NCBI GenBank assembly: GCA_039801885.1
Contig: JBDRVN010000009.1
Coordinates: forward strand, 1 to 41,560
Reading direction: 5' to 3'
DNA from: a candidate division WOR-3 bacterium
Lineage (GTDB): Bacteria; Hydrothermota; Tepidihabitantia; Tepidihabitantales; DTDR01
Length of the DNA stretch: 41,560 bases
Positions 18,385-27,942 of the stretch are shown piece by piece. The position numbers and the translations under genes were made by a program. Each line of letters opens with the position of its first letter. Within the stretch, counting starts at the first letter, position 1. The notes below the pieces were generated by a model. It saw nothing but the letters and a program-made list of their open reading frames with translations. It had not been told where the DNA came from and ran no database searches.

Positions 18385-18412
18385 TTGAATTTTTTTTAAA
18401 TTTTAGTATAAT
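18385..18412 (+). promoter_or_regulatory. Putative sigma70 promoter for fbp
   Basis: TTGAAT-16 nt-TATAAT, with SD AGAGGA before ATG 18449. Confidence 0.6.
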
Positions 18413-18448
18413 AAAAGATTATTAAGATTAAAAATAAAAGGAGGATTT

Positions 18449-19540
18449 ATGGCAGAAAAGATTACTTTATCCGTAATTAAGGCTGATATTGGTGGTTATG
18501 TCGGTCATTCTTCCAGCCATCCGCAAATTTTAGATAAAGCAAAAGATTTACTTGCGGAAGCAAAAGCAAAAGGAATAATTCTTGATTTTTATGTAACCAA
18601 TTGTGGCGATGATTTAGAATTGATAATGACCCATAACAAAGGAGTTGACAGCGAAGGAATTCACAAATTAGCTTGGGATACTTTTGTTGCTTGTACGGAA
18701 TTAGCAAAAGAATTAAAACTCTATGGTGCTGGTCAGGATTTACTTAGCGATGCTTTTTCGGGAAATGTGAAGGGTATGGGACCAGGGGTTGCCGAAATGG
18801 AATTTGTGGAAAGGAAATCAGAACCGGTAGTAATTTTTATGGGAGATAAATGTGCTCCCGGTGCTTGGAATTTTCCCCTTTTCAAAATGTTTGCTGACCC
18901 CTTTAATACGATTGGTCTAATTATTGATCCAACGATGCACGACGGATTTAAATTTGAGGTTCACGATATTAAAAAAGATGAAAATTTCTTCCTTTCCTGT
19001 CCGGAAGAGATGTATGATTTATTAGTTTTAATTGGTTCTTGTGAAAATTATATAATTAAAGCAGTTTATAAAAAAGATGGGGAGATTGCTGCTGCTTCTT
19101 CTACTCAAAAATTGGCATTAATTGCTGGCCGTTATGTTGGTAAAGATGACCCGGTTTTAATTGTTCGTGCTCAAGCCGGATTACCAGCTGTTGGTGAAAT
19201 TCTTGAACCTTTTGCTTTTCCTCATTTAGTTTCTGGTTGGATGCGTGGTTCCCATTATGGTCCATTAATGCCGGTTGCTCAAAGACAGGCCAACCCCTCA
19301 AGATTTGATGGTCCGCCAAGGGTGATTGCTCTTGGTTTCCAAATTGCGCAAGGAATGTTAATTGGTCCGCGAGATTTATTTGATGACCCATCATTTGATT
19401 ATGCAAGAAAAGAAGCAAATCGGATGGCTAATTTTATGCGTGCTCACGGACCTTTTGAACCTCATCGTTTACCATTGGAAGAAATGGAATACACTACTTT
19501 ACCGGAAGTTTTAAAAAGAATTTCGGAAAAAAGAAAATAG
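18449..19540 (+). CDS. fbp: Fructose-1,6-bisphosphate aldolase/phosphatase (FBPase class V)
   Basis: SVIKADIGG..GH, GDD, KLYGAGQDLL.D.FSGN..G.GPG.AEM, DPFNT.GL, YVGKDDP, GWMRGSH.GP, RFDGPP, GPFEPHRL. Confidence 0.97.
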   Translation: MAEKITLSVIKADIGGYVGHSSSHPQILDKAKDLLAEAKAKGIILDFYVTNCGDDLELIMTHNKGVDSEGIHKLAWDTFVACTELAKELKLYGAGQDLLSDAFSGNVKGMGPGVAEMEFVERKSEPVVIFMGDKCAPGAWNFPLFKMFADPFNTIGLIIDPTMHDGFKFEVHDIKKDENFFLSCPEEMYDLLVLIGSCENYIIKAVYKKDGEIAAASSTQKLALIAGRYVGKDDPVLIVRAQAGLPAVGEILEPFAFPHLVSGWMRGSHYGPLMPVAQRQANPSRFDGPPRVIALGFQIAQGMLIGPRDLFDDPSFDYARKEANRMANFMRAHGPFEPHRLPLEEMEYTTLPEVLKRISEKRK

Positions 19541-19541
19541 A

Positions 19542-21230
19542 TTAAAATACTGCGGTTACTCTTAAAACTTCTTCAATAGTCGTAATACCTTTTTTTACTT
19601 TTTCAAAACCATCGTCTCTCATCGTTTTCATCCCTTTGGAAACAGCTATTTGATTTATTTCGTTAGCACTTCTATTTTTTAAAATCATTTCTCTGACTGT
19701 ATCGTCAACGATTAAAAGTTCAAAAACACCTGTTCTACCCCGATAACCAGTATTATTACATTCTTCACAACCCTTTCCACGAAAGAGTTGCATTTTCTCT
19801 TCCAATCCTAAATACTTTAATACTTCTGGTTTCGGTTGATATCCTTCCTTACAAGCAGAACAGATCTTTCTTACTAATCTTTGTGCCAAAACACCAATTA
19901 AAGAAGAGGCAATTAAATAAGGTTCAACACCAATATCCACTAATCGAGTAACAGCCGTTGCCGCATTGTTGGTGTGAAGGGTAGAAAAAACCAAATGGCC
20001 CGTTAAAGCTGCTTGGACAGCAATTTCTGCTGTTTCTAAATCTCTAATTTCGCCAACCATTATTACATCCGGGTCTTGTCTTAATACCGACCGTAAACCA
20101 GTAGCAAAAGTCAAACCTTGTTTTGGATTAATTTGGACTTGTCTAATTAAGGGCAGAGTATATTCTACCGGATCTTCCAAAGTAATTATATTTTTCTCTT
20201 CGCTTCTTATTGCTTCTAAGGCAGAATAGAGGGTGGTGGTTTTACCACTACCAGTGGGACCGGTGACAAGAATTATCCCATAAGGTTTTTTAATCAAAGC
20301 ATTAAATTTTATAAGATTTTCGGGAGAAAATCCTAATTCGCCAAGCCCGATAATAACCGAAGATTTATCAAGCAATCTTAATACTGCACATTCACCCCAA
20401 AAAGTAGGGAAGGTAGAAACACGGAAGTCAATTTTTTTGCTATCCACGGTCATTTGAAATTGACCATCTTGTGGTCTTAATTTGTCAGCAATATTTAAAC
20501 GAGATAGAATTTTTATCCGTGAGATTACTGCTGGATGCATACTTTTTGCCACCTCGGTAAAAGTATGTAAAACGCCATCAATCCTTAATCTCACTCTTAA
20601 AATGTTTTCTTCCGGTTCAATATGAATATCGGAAGCCCGATTTTTTGCCGCGTAAGAAATTATTGTATTTACAAGTTTAACAACCGGTTCCTGGGCGGCT
20701 TCTTCTTCCAATTTTTTTATTTCATCGGTAAAGCCTGTTTCTATATCTACGTTTTTATCTTCACTCACAATTTGGGTTATTTCTTCGATCTGTGATTGAT
20801 TACTTGATTTATAATATTTATCAATAGTGTTTTTAATATCCTCTTCACTCGCCAAAACGGGACTTATTTCTAAGCCTGTTTTAAGCCGTAAATCATCAAT
20901 AGTATCGATATCTGTGGGATTAGCCATTACCACGGTTAAGGTATCCCCGATTTTAAATAAAGGAAAAACTTTTAAACTGCGGCAAGCCTCTTCCGGGATT
21001 AAAGATAAAATTTCTTTGTCAATAGTATATCCGGAAATGTCTAAATAAGGGACGCCCAATCGCCGTGAAAGGGCTAAATAAAAATCTTCTTTATTAATCA
21101 CTCCTCGATTAATTAACAAATTTTCCAAGGAGATATCACTTTGTTGTGCCTCTTCTTCAAATTTTTTAATTTCTTTTTGAGATAAACCAAATTCCGAAAG
21201 AACTTGGTTGATTATTTTTTTGTCCACCAT
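19542..21230 (-). CDS. PilB/GspE-family assembly ATPase with MshEN-like N-domain
   Basis: ASDIHIEP, RIDGVL, PQDG, Walker A GPTGSGKTT, EDPVEY, LRQDPDVIMVGEIRD, TGHLVFSTLH, Zn motif CSAC...GCEEC. Confidence 0.96.
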   Translation of the reverse strand: MVDKKIINQVLSEFGLSQKEIKKFEEEAQQSDISLENLLINRGVINKEDFYLALSRRLGVPYLDISGYTIDKEILSLIPEEACRSLKVFPLFKIGDTLTVVMANPTDIDTIDDLRLKTGLEISPVLASEEDIKNTIDKYYKSSNQSQIEEITQIVSEDKNVDIETGFTDEIKKLEEEAAQEPVVKLVNTIISYAAKNRASDIHIEPEENILRVRLRIDGVLHTFTEVAKSMHPAVISRIKILSRLNIADKLRPQDGQFQMTVDSKKIDFRVSTFPTFWGECAVLRLLDKSSVIIGLGELGFSPENLIKFNALIKKPYGIILVTGPTGSGKTTTLYSALEAIRSEEKNIITLEDPVEYTLPLIRQVQINPKQGLTFATGLRSVLRQDPDVIMVGEIRDLETAEIAVQAALTGHLVFSTLHTNNAATAVTRLVDIGVEPYLIASSLIGVLAQRLVRKICSACKEGYQPKPEVLKYLGLEEKMQLFRGKGCEECNNTGYRGRTGVFELLIVDDTVREMILKNRSANEINQIAVSKGMKTMRDDGFEKVKKGITTIEEVLRVTAVF

Positions 21231-21622
21231 TATTCCTCTCCTTTGTTATTTTTTAATAATTCTTCAATTTTGCTTAAAAGAATTTGGCTTTCAAAAGGTT
21301 TGGTTAAGAAGGCATCGGCTCCTAATTCCATTGCTAATTCGTAATCTTTTTGTTGGATACGAGCGGTGAGAATAATAATCGGAATATGAGCATATCGGCG
21401 ATCCCTTTTTAACATACTACATATTTGGTAACCGTCAATACCAGGAAGCATTAAATCTAAAAGAATTAGATCCGGATTTTCTTTTCTTGCTTTATTTAAA
21501 CCTTCTATTCCGTTTTCGGCAGAAATAGTTAAATAACCAGCATCGCTCAATCTTTTTTCCAAAATAAAACGAATGGCTTCTTCGTCTTCAATTATCAGAA
21601 TCTTTTTCATATTTTTCTTCAA
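21230..21622 (-). CDS. Single-domain response regulator
   Basis: ILIIEDE, LLDLMLPGIDG, LTA, TKPF; no output domain. Confidence 0.93.
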   Translation of the reverse strand: MKKNMKKILIIEDEEAIRFILEKRLSDAGYLTISAENGIEGLNKARKENPDLILLDLMLPGIDGYQICSMLKRDRRYAHIPIIILTARIQQKDYELAMELGADAFLTKPFESQILLSKIEELLKNNKGEE

Positions 21623-23999
21623 TAGTGATATCTTTAAAAGTGTTTTTTAAAAACCTTTTTATTTCTTTAAATTTCTTTTTTAATTCTTCTTCCTTACCAA
21701 TAAACATTGCTATTAGTTTTTTGCCAATTTTTCTTATCGTTACCGAATTACCAAAAGAATCTCGGCAAAAATTGGAAAAGATTTTTAAGTCATTTTCGTT
21801 AAAATCATTTTCTCTTTTTTTTATTATAAGAATTCCTAAAGAAAAATTTAATTCCTTTGCTTTTTTTAATTCTCTTTCTTTATAATAATTATATTCTTTT
21901 TCCTCTTCGTAGCAGGAAACACTAAAATAAAAGGTAGTTCCTTTATGTTCTTCACTTTCAAACCAAATTTTTTCGCCACTTCTTTCTATCAATTCTTTAC
22001 ACAAAGCAAGTCCCAAACCTGTACCACTTAATGAAGAATATCCAGGATGGGAAATTTGAGCAAATCTTTGGAAAACTTTATATTGTTCTTCTTTGGGAAT
22101 ACCTATCCCATTGTCTTTTACCGAAATTATAATTTTATCTTCTTGGGGATGTTTTAAAGCGCGAATAATAATTTTACCATTTTCTTTACTATATTTTATT
22201 GCGTTTGATAAAAGATTAACGATTATTCGGTAAAAAGCTTTTTCATCAATAAAAGCAAATGGTAAATTTTCTTCAATCTCCTTTATTAAATTTATTCCTT
22301 TCTCTTTCGCAATCACATTAATATTTTCTGTTAATTCACTGATTATTTTTCTAATATCAATTAGTTGAGGTAATAATTCTTGTTGACCACTCTCTATTTT
22401 TGTAAGGTCCAATAAATCGTTAATTAACTCAAATAACTTTTGGGCATTGTTTTTAATAAGTTTTATAATTTTTTGGAGATTTTCGTCGGAAATATTTTCA
22501 TAAATAAGATTACTTCCTTCCAAAATAGCAGTAAGGGGAGTTCTCATTTCGTGAGAAAGAATTTGGACAAATTCCGTTTTTGTATTAGAAAGTTTAGTTA
22601 ATTCTTCATTTGCTTTTGCCAATCGCTCAGCAGTTTTGATCAACTCATTCTGAGAAGTTTGTAGTTGTTGAGTGAGTATTGTAAGCTCTTGATTCTTTTT
22701 CCTTAAATTTTCTTCGATTATCTTTAAATTGGTGATATCCCGAGCAATATGGACACATGCTGAAACATCTCCTTTTTCGTCAAAAATTGGAGATACGGAG
22801 ATCAAAAATACTTTTTCATCAATTTCTATTTCTTCGGTGAAAGACATTTTTGCTCTTAGGGTTTTAGAAAAAGGACAAAGGGCTATTGGTTGCTTTGTTG
22901 AATGAAAAATTTCATAACACTTTTTACCAATCAATTCTTTTTCTCCAAAATATTGACAAGCCTTTTTGTTAGCTTTGGTTATATTAAAATCTTTATCAAT
23001 GATAATAATTAAATCATTTATCGCATCAAAAGTTTTTTCCCATTCTTGTTTTGTTAGATAGATTTCTTTTGTTTTGGTAATTTCTTCTGTGCGGTCTGTA
23101 AAAAATAATAGAAACTGGTTGTTGGATTTTAATGGTATGCATGTTTCTTCCCAATGTTTTTGGTTAATGGTTTTTAGACTTTTTATAGAATTTCCTGAGA
23201 TTTTTGCTTGAAGTAAAGGACAAAATTCGCCAAGAAGATGGCAAGGATAAGAACTGTTTTTGAATTCTTGATAACAATAATTACTATTTCCTAAAATCTG
23301 AAAATTTTCTTTTACCAAATATACTTTTAAAGGAAGTTGAGAAAAAATGAGCTGAAAGTCTTCGATTGTTTTTTCTTTATCGCTTATGTCAATTAAAAAA
23401 AGAAGAGTATTTTGTTGCTCAATAGGTAATTTTACTGGCCGAAAGTATTGTTCATCAATTTTTATATCCTTATTAGTGATTTCTTTTAAATTTATTTTAT
23501 CAATAGGAAATAAATTGTTGTGATAAATAATTTTTTCCGAAGAAAGGATTGCCGAAGGGATATTGAAATTTTCAATAATTTCGTAAAAACTTCTTAGGGA
23601 TTCATCTATCTTTTTCTTTTCCTTTAATAGTTGAGCTAATAGGATAAAAAGTCGGTCAGGATTAATTGGTTTTTCTAAGTAAGCATCGGCTTTTAGTGCA
23701 ATAGCCTTTTTGGCGGTAGTTAAAGATGAAAAACCAGTAAGAACTATGATTAGGGGTGGTGGTTTTATCTTATTTTTTATTTCTTCAATTAGTTCTAATC
23801 CAGTCTTATCAGGTAAGTTGATATCAATCAAAAAAATATCGTAGTTTTCGGAGAGCTTTTCTAAGGTTTCTTGGGCTGTTTGGGTAGTATCTACTAAATA
23901 ACCACGGGAATTTAGAATTTCTTTTAATGATTGAGAAAAAAGGAGGTCATCATCAACAATTAAGATTTTGGGTGTACTTTTTGTGATACTAATTGCCAT
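21588..23999 (-). CDS. Cytoplasmic hybrid histidine kinase: REC-PAS(s)-coiled coil-HisKA-HATPase-C-terminal extra domain
   Basis: REC LIVDDD..IDINLPD..EKP, PAS ending ARDIT, H-box SHEMRTPL, NLLSNAIKY, DNGIGIP, GTGLGL; no TM segment. Confidence 0.93.
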   Translation of the reverse strand: MAISITKSTPKILIVDDDLLFSQSLKEILNSRGYLVDTTQTAQETLEKLSENYDIFLIDINLPDKTGLELIEEIKNKIKPPPLIIVLTGFSSLTTAKKAIALKADAYLEKPINPDRLFILLAQLLKEKKKIDESLRSFYEIIENFNIPSAILSSEKIIYHNNLFPIDKINLKEITNKDIKIDEQYFRPVKLPIEQQNTLLFLIDISDKEKTIEDFQLIFSQLPLKVYLVKENFQILGNSNYCYQEFKNSSYPCHLLGEFCPLLQAKISGNSIKSLKTINQKHWEETCIPLKSNNQFLLFFTDRTEEITKTKEIYLTKQEWEKTFDAINDLIIIIDKDFNITKANKKACQYFGEKELIGKKCYEIFHSTKQPIALCPFSKTLRAKMSFTEEIEIDEKVFLISVSPIFDEKGDVSACVHIARDITNLKIIEENLRKKNQELTILTQQLQTSQNELIKTAERLAKANEELTKLSNTKTEFVQILSHEMRTPLTAILEGSNLIYENISDENLQKIIKLIKNNAQKLFELINDLLDLTKIESGQQELLPQLIDIRKIISELTENINVIAKEKGINLIKEIEENLPFAFIDEKAFYRIIVNLLSNAIKYSKENGKIIIRALKHPQEDKIIISVKDNGIGIPKEEQYKVFQRFAQISHPGYSSLSGTGLGLALCKELIERSGEKIWFESEEHKGTTFYFSVSCYEEEKEYNYYKERELKKAKELNFSLGILIIKKRENDFNENDLKIFSNFCRDSFGNSVTIRKIGKKLIAMFIGKEEELKKKFKEIKRFLKNTFKDITIEEKYEKDSDN

Positions 24000-26078
24000 T
24001 TATTCCTTTTTTTGATATTTATAATGATAGTAATAATAATTCCGATATTTTTTTAAAGGTTGATAAAAATTTAATACACAACCGATAATTCTCTTTTCAC
24101 CATTGTCTAACATTTTTATTGTCTCTTCTAACATGGGTAATTCGGTTTTCATAAAGCCGCAAACCAGTAATATTCCATCTACTTTTTTTGCCAATATGGA
24201 AACATCAGCGGCAATTAATGCCGGTGGACTATCAATAATAATTAATGAATATTCATCTCTTAATTTATTTAGCCATTCATCAACCGTTTTCTTTTCTAAC
24301 AAATCAGCTGGTGAAGGAATTAAAGAACCAGCAGGCAAAATGTAAAGATTTTCAAAAGGTGTCTTTTGAATATTACCATTGAGATTATTTAAAACTAAAT
24401 CAGTGAAACCAGGTTTTCTATCAACGGAAAAGATTGAATGTATTTTTGGTTTTCTTAAATCTAAATCAATCAATAATGTTTTTAATCCACTTTGGGCAAA
24501 AATATAACTGAGGTTGCTAGCAATCGTTGATTTTCCTTCACTTTGGGAAGGCGAGGTAATAAGAATTACTTTTTTATTTTCTTCCAAAAATAACCAAGAT
24601 AAGGAAGTTTTCAACAAACGATAACTTTCGGCACAAGTTGTTTTTTCGTCAGAAAAAGGAACGATATATTTCTTTATCCCATTTTTATCTTTTGTTTTTT
24701 TGTCGCCCAAATTGGGAATTGTCGCCAAGACACCAATTTTCATTTTTTCAATATCCGAGATTGATTTTATCGTATTATTAAGATAATCTACCAAAAAGGC
24801 GGCAGCGAAAGAGAAAAGAAGTCCAAAGAAAATAGCAGAAATTAAATTAAAAGAGAGGGAAGGTTTAATTTTCTTCGCCGGAGTGGAAGACTCAATTAAA
24901 GTAATTCCCGAAATTCGACCAGCTTCGTTAATTTTTGCTTCTTCATTTTTTTCTCTCAAAAGGGAATAAATTTTTTGTAATACTTCAATATCCCGCATTA
25001 ATTTTAAATAAATCTTTTCTTTTTCCGGGAGGAAGGATAATTCTTTTTCGTATTGAGAAAGTAATTGAGAAAGTTTATTTAACTTTGCCTGTAATGCAAG
25101 CAATTCGATTTCTTTAAAAACTATCATTCCCTCCAAATTTTTTAGGAAATCTATTGGATCCAGAAAGGTATGCGTATTAGTTTTTAACACCTTTTCTTTT
25201 ATTTCATTTTGTTTTTCTTCAATTTTTTTAACCTTTTCGTTATTAGGTTGATAACCTGAAAGGAGTAGATAGGTTTTTTCAATTTCTAAATTTTGATAGG
25301 TTTTTTGCATTTCTGAGAGGAGAGAAGAATTTTCTTTAACTACCTCATAATTTAGTTGTTTTTTATTTTCTTCAAAAGATTTTTTAAGATTATCAAATTC
25401 TTCTTTTTTTTCGTTATATAAAGCATAGGCTTCGTCATAAAGTTTTTTAATATTGATAATATTCTGAAAAAGTTCTTTGGTGCCTTCATCTAAATTGGTA
25501 ATTCGGTTTTCCTTTTTGAAATTAGTGAGTTCATTTTCCTTTGCCTGTAATTCCTTTTCCATCTCTTTTAAACTTTTGAAGGTAAACTCTTTTATTTTGC
25601 TAACATCTTCTTTCGTGATTTTAGCAACAAAATTTTCAAATGTTTTGGAGTAGATTTGGCAAAGAATCTCAGCAATTTCCTTTTTTTTACCTCTTGCTTT
25701 AATATTTAAAATATCGGTTTCTTTAACAATTCTAATTGAGATATTTTTCTGGATATCTTCCACAGATTTAAAATAATTTTTTGCTGGGGTATTTTGCAAT
25801 TCTTTTAACACCAGTTCCATTAAAGCATGGGATTTTAAAATTTCGGAATAATTATATAATAGACTCTTTTGTTTAACAAAAGACAAAGGGGTTGAAAAAA
25901 AGAGCTCACTTTTAAGTTTATCACCTTCCACTAAGATAGTAGCTTTACTTTCGTATTCTGGTTTGGTGATAAAGGTAAGAATTAAAGAGATCGCTATGGA
26001 AATAAGAATAATAGTAATAATTAAAGTTTTTCTTTCTTTAATGGTTAATAAAAATTTTTCTAAATTATAATCTTTCAT
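24000..26078 (-). CDS. wzc: Polysaccharide co-polymerase / BY tyrosine autokinase (Wzc-like)
   Basis: TM..P.YES.A, long coiled coil, second TM, AESYR, Walker A SEGKST, DLDLRKP, IIDSPP, C-terminal Tyr cluster YRNYYYYHYKY. Confidence 0.93.
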   Translation of the reverse strand: MKDYNLEKFLLTIKERKTLIITIILISIAISLILTFITKPEYESKATILVEGDKLKSELFFSTPLSFVKQKSLLYNYSEILKSHALMELVLKELQNTPAKNYFKSVEDIQKNISIRIVKETDILNIKARGKKKEIAEILCQIYSKTFENFVAKITKEDVSKIKEFTFKSLKEMEKELQAKENELTNFKKENRITNLDEGTKELFQNIINIKKLYDEAYALYNEKKEEFDNLKKSFEENKKQLNYEVVKENSSLLSEMQKTYQNLEIEKTYLLLSGYQPNNEKVKKIEEKQNEIKEKVLKTNTHTFLDPIDFLKNLEGMIVFKEIELLALQAKLNKLSQLLSQYEKELSFLPEKEKIYLKLMRDIEVLQKIYSLLREKNEEAKINEAGRISGITLIESSTPAKKIKPSLSFNLISAIFFGLLFSFAAAFLVDYLNNTIKSISDIEKMKIGVLATIPNLGDKKTKDKNGIKKYIVPFSDEKTTCAESYRLLKTSLSWLFLEENKKVILITSPSQSEGKSTIASNLSYIFAQSGLKTLLIDLDLRKPKIHSIFSVDRKPGFTDLVLNNLNGNIQKTPFENLYILPAGSLIPSPADLLEKKTVDEWLNKLRDEYSLIIIDSPPALIAADVSILAKKVDGILLVCGFMKTELPMLEETIKMLDNGEKRIIGCVLNFYQPLKKYRNYYYYHYKYQKKE

Positions 26079-26494
26079 TTTGCCTCCCGGGTTATATAGG
26101 TTAAATAAAGATTTAAAAATACTGCTAAAGTAGTAATAAAAGGAATGGTTTCTTTAATCACAGCAAATTTAGAACGAGGAATGATCACTACATCGCCATT
26201 ATCAAGAAGAAATATTTCACCTTTTTTAATTGTTTTATTTAAATTAATGGCAATTCTTCTTTTCTCTTTAGAAATAATGATGGTAACTTTTGATAAATCA
26301 GCATTAGTAGTTGGTCCGCCAGCTTTAGAAATTAACTCCAAGATATCACCGGTATAAGAAAGGTTATAAGAACCGGGATTTTTTACTTCTCCCCAAATAT
26401 GAGCCTTGATCACCGCTTCTTCTTTTAATGGTTGGGCAATTAAAAATCCAAAAATTGATAATGTTAGAATACCAAAAAAAATTATCCATTTCAT
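26075..26494 (-). CDS. Small SLBB-domain polysaccharide export protein (minimal Wza-like)
   Basis: Signal peptide, IWGEVKNPGSY, ISKAGG...ADLSKV, L.NGDVVIIP, hydrophobic C-terminal helix. ATG 26494 has an AGAGGAGG SD and ATGA overlap. Confidence 0.85.
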   Translation of the reverse strand: MKWIIFFGILTLSIFGFLIAQPLKEEAVIKAHIWGEVKNPGSYNLSYTGDILELISKAGGPTTNADLSKVTIIISKEKRRIAINLNKTIKKGEIFLLDNGDVVIIPRSKFAVIKETIPFITTLAVFLNLYLTYITREAK

Positions 26495-27942
26495 AAGACC
26501 TCCTCTTTTATTAACGAGAGCCAATAACTTTCTTTTTTAGTATTTTTAACTCTTTCATAATTAGAAGTATAAACAAAGAATTGGGAGTTTAAATAATAAC
26601 TCCCATTTTTTTTAATTCTTTCTAATAATTCCCAAACGCCATCGCTAACTCTTTTTTGGCAACGGAAAGAAAGAGTATTTTTAATCTTTTCAAAAGAAAC
26701 GCGATAATTACGTTTATCGGAAGAATCCGGATAGAGAATCAATTCCGCTTCGGGACAAAGTTCTTTAACAATTTTCCCAATTTCTTTTAATTGATAATTT
26801 TCATTAGTGTCACCTAAATTAAATATCTGACCACTAACCAATTCTTCTTTAGCAGAAAGAATCTTAATTATACCTTCGCAGAGGTCGTCGACGTGAATAA
26901 AGGGTCGCCATTGTTCGCCACCGTAAATTGGAATTTTTTGTTCTTTTACTGCTTTTAATGTCAAAAGATTTACTACCAAATCGTATCTTTCGCGAAAAGA
27001 AGGACCGTAACAAGTAGCAAAACGGAGAATTGTAGTAATTAATTCCTTTCCTTCCGAAAGAAGGATTTTTTCTGAATCTAATTTGGTTTTTGCGTAAAGC
27101 GAGACAGGGTTAGTCTGATTTTCTTCGGTTAAAAATTCTTTGTCGGATGCACCATAAACCGAGCAGGTGGAAGCAAAAATTAATCTTTGACAATTTTTGC
27201 TTTTAGCTACTTGGGCAATAAATTTTGTCGCTAATAAGTTAGTTTCAATAGTTAATTTATCAGAAACAGCACATGCTGGATCACCAACAATTGCTCCTAA
27301 ATGGATAAGGGCATCACAATCTTCTAAGGCTTCGGTTAAAACATTAATATGACGAAAATCACCTTCATAAACTTCAAAGGATTTGTTATGGTAAAGTTCT
27401 TTAATACTTTCTTTGCCATAAAGAAAATTATCAAGAATTCTTACTTTGTATCCTAGTTTTAATAATTTTCTTACCAGCACTGAACCGATATAACCAGCAC
27501 CGCCGATCACCAAAATTTTTTCAATGGGTTTTTTTATTATTCTTGCCTTTTTCTTTTCTAAATAAACAAAGTAGTTTGATAACAAAAGGAAAAGTCGAAC
27601 AAAAGACAGAAGTAAAATAGATAAAAGACTACCAAAAAAGAGAGGGCGGATTTCAAAAGAGAAAAGAGAAAAATAGGAAGTAAGAGAAAAGAAAGTTAAA
27701 ACTGAAAGTAAAGAACCAAGAATAATTAGAAGAAATTTATATCTTCCCCGATAGGTTCTACCATAAGTATAAAATCCTAAAAATGAAAAGATAAATAGGC
27801 TGATTAAAATAAGGAAGTAGAGCGAAAGGAAATTAGGAAAAGTGTGTTCGCTTAAAAGATAAACAAAGGAGTAAGAAAATGCTAAAATAAAAGTGTCGGC
27901 TAAAAAACGATATAAAATACTAAAATTTAATTTTTTTAGCAT
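26491..27942 (-). CDS. Membrane-anchored NAD-dependent nucleotide-sugar epimerase/dehydratase (extended SDR)
   Basis: ~4 N-terminal TMs, then GGAGYIG, HLGAIVGDPAC, STCSVYG, YAKTK, RPFIHVDD. Confidence 0.9.
   Translation of the reverse strand: MLKKLNFSILYRFLADTFILAFSYSFVYLLSEHTFPNFLSLYFLILISLFIFSFLGFYTYGRTYRGRYKFLLIILGSLLSVLTFFSLTSYFSLFSFEIRPLFFGSLLSILLLSFVRLFLLLSNYFVYLEKKKARIIKKPIEKILVIGGAGYIGSVLVRKLLKLGYKVRILDNFLYGKESIKELYHNKSFEVYEGDFRHINVLTEALEDCDALIHLGAIVGDPACAVSDKLTIETNLLATKFIAQVAKSKNCQRLIFASTCSVYGASDKEFLTEENQTNPVSLYAKTKLDSEKILLSEGKELITTILRFATCYGPSFRERYDLVVNLLTLKAVKEQKIPIYGGEQWRPFIHVDDLCEGIIKILSAKEELVSGQIFNLGDTNENYQLKEIGKIVKELCPEAELILYPDSSDKRNYRVSFEKIKNTLSFRCQKRVSDGVWELLERIKKNGSYYLNSQFFVYTSNYERVKNTKKESYWLSLIKEEVL

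Noticed and set aside
18449-19540. Archaeal-type FBP aldolase/phosphatase as a novel horizontal transfer
   Set aside because: Already well known in thermophilic and deep-branching bacteria.
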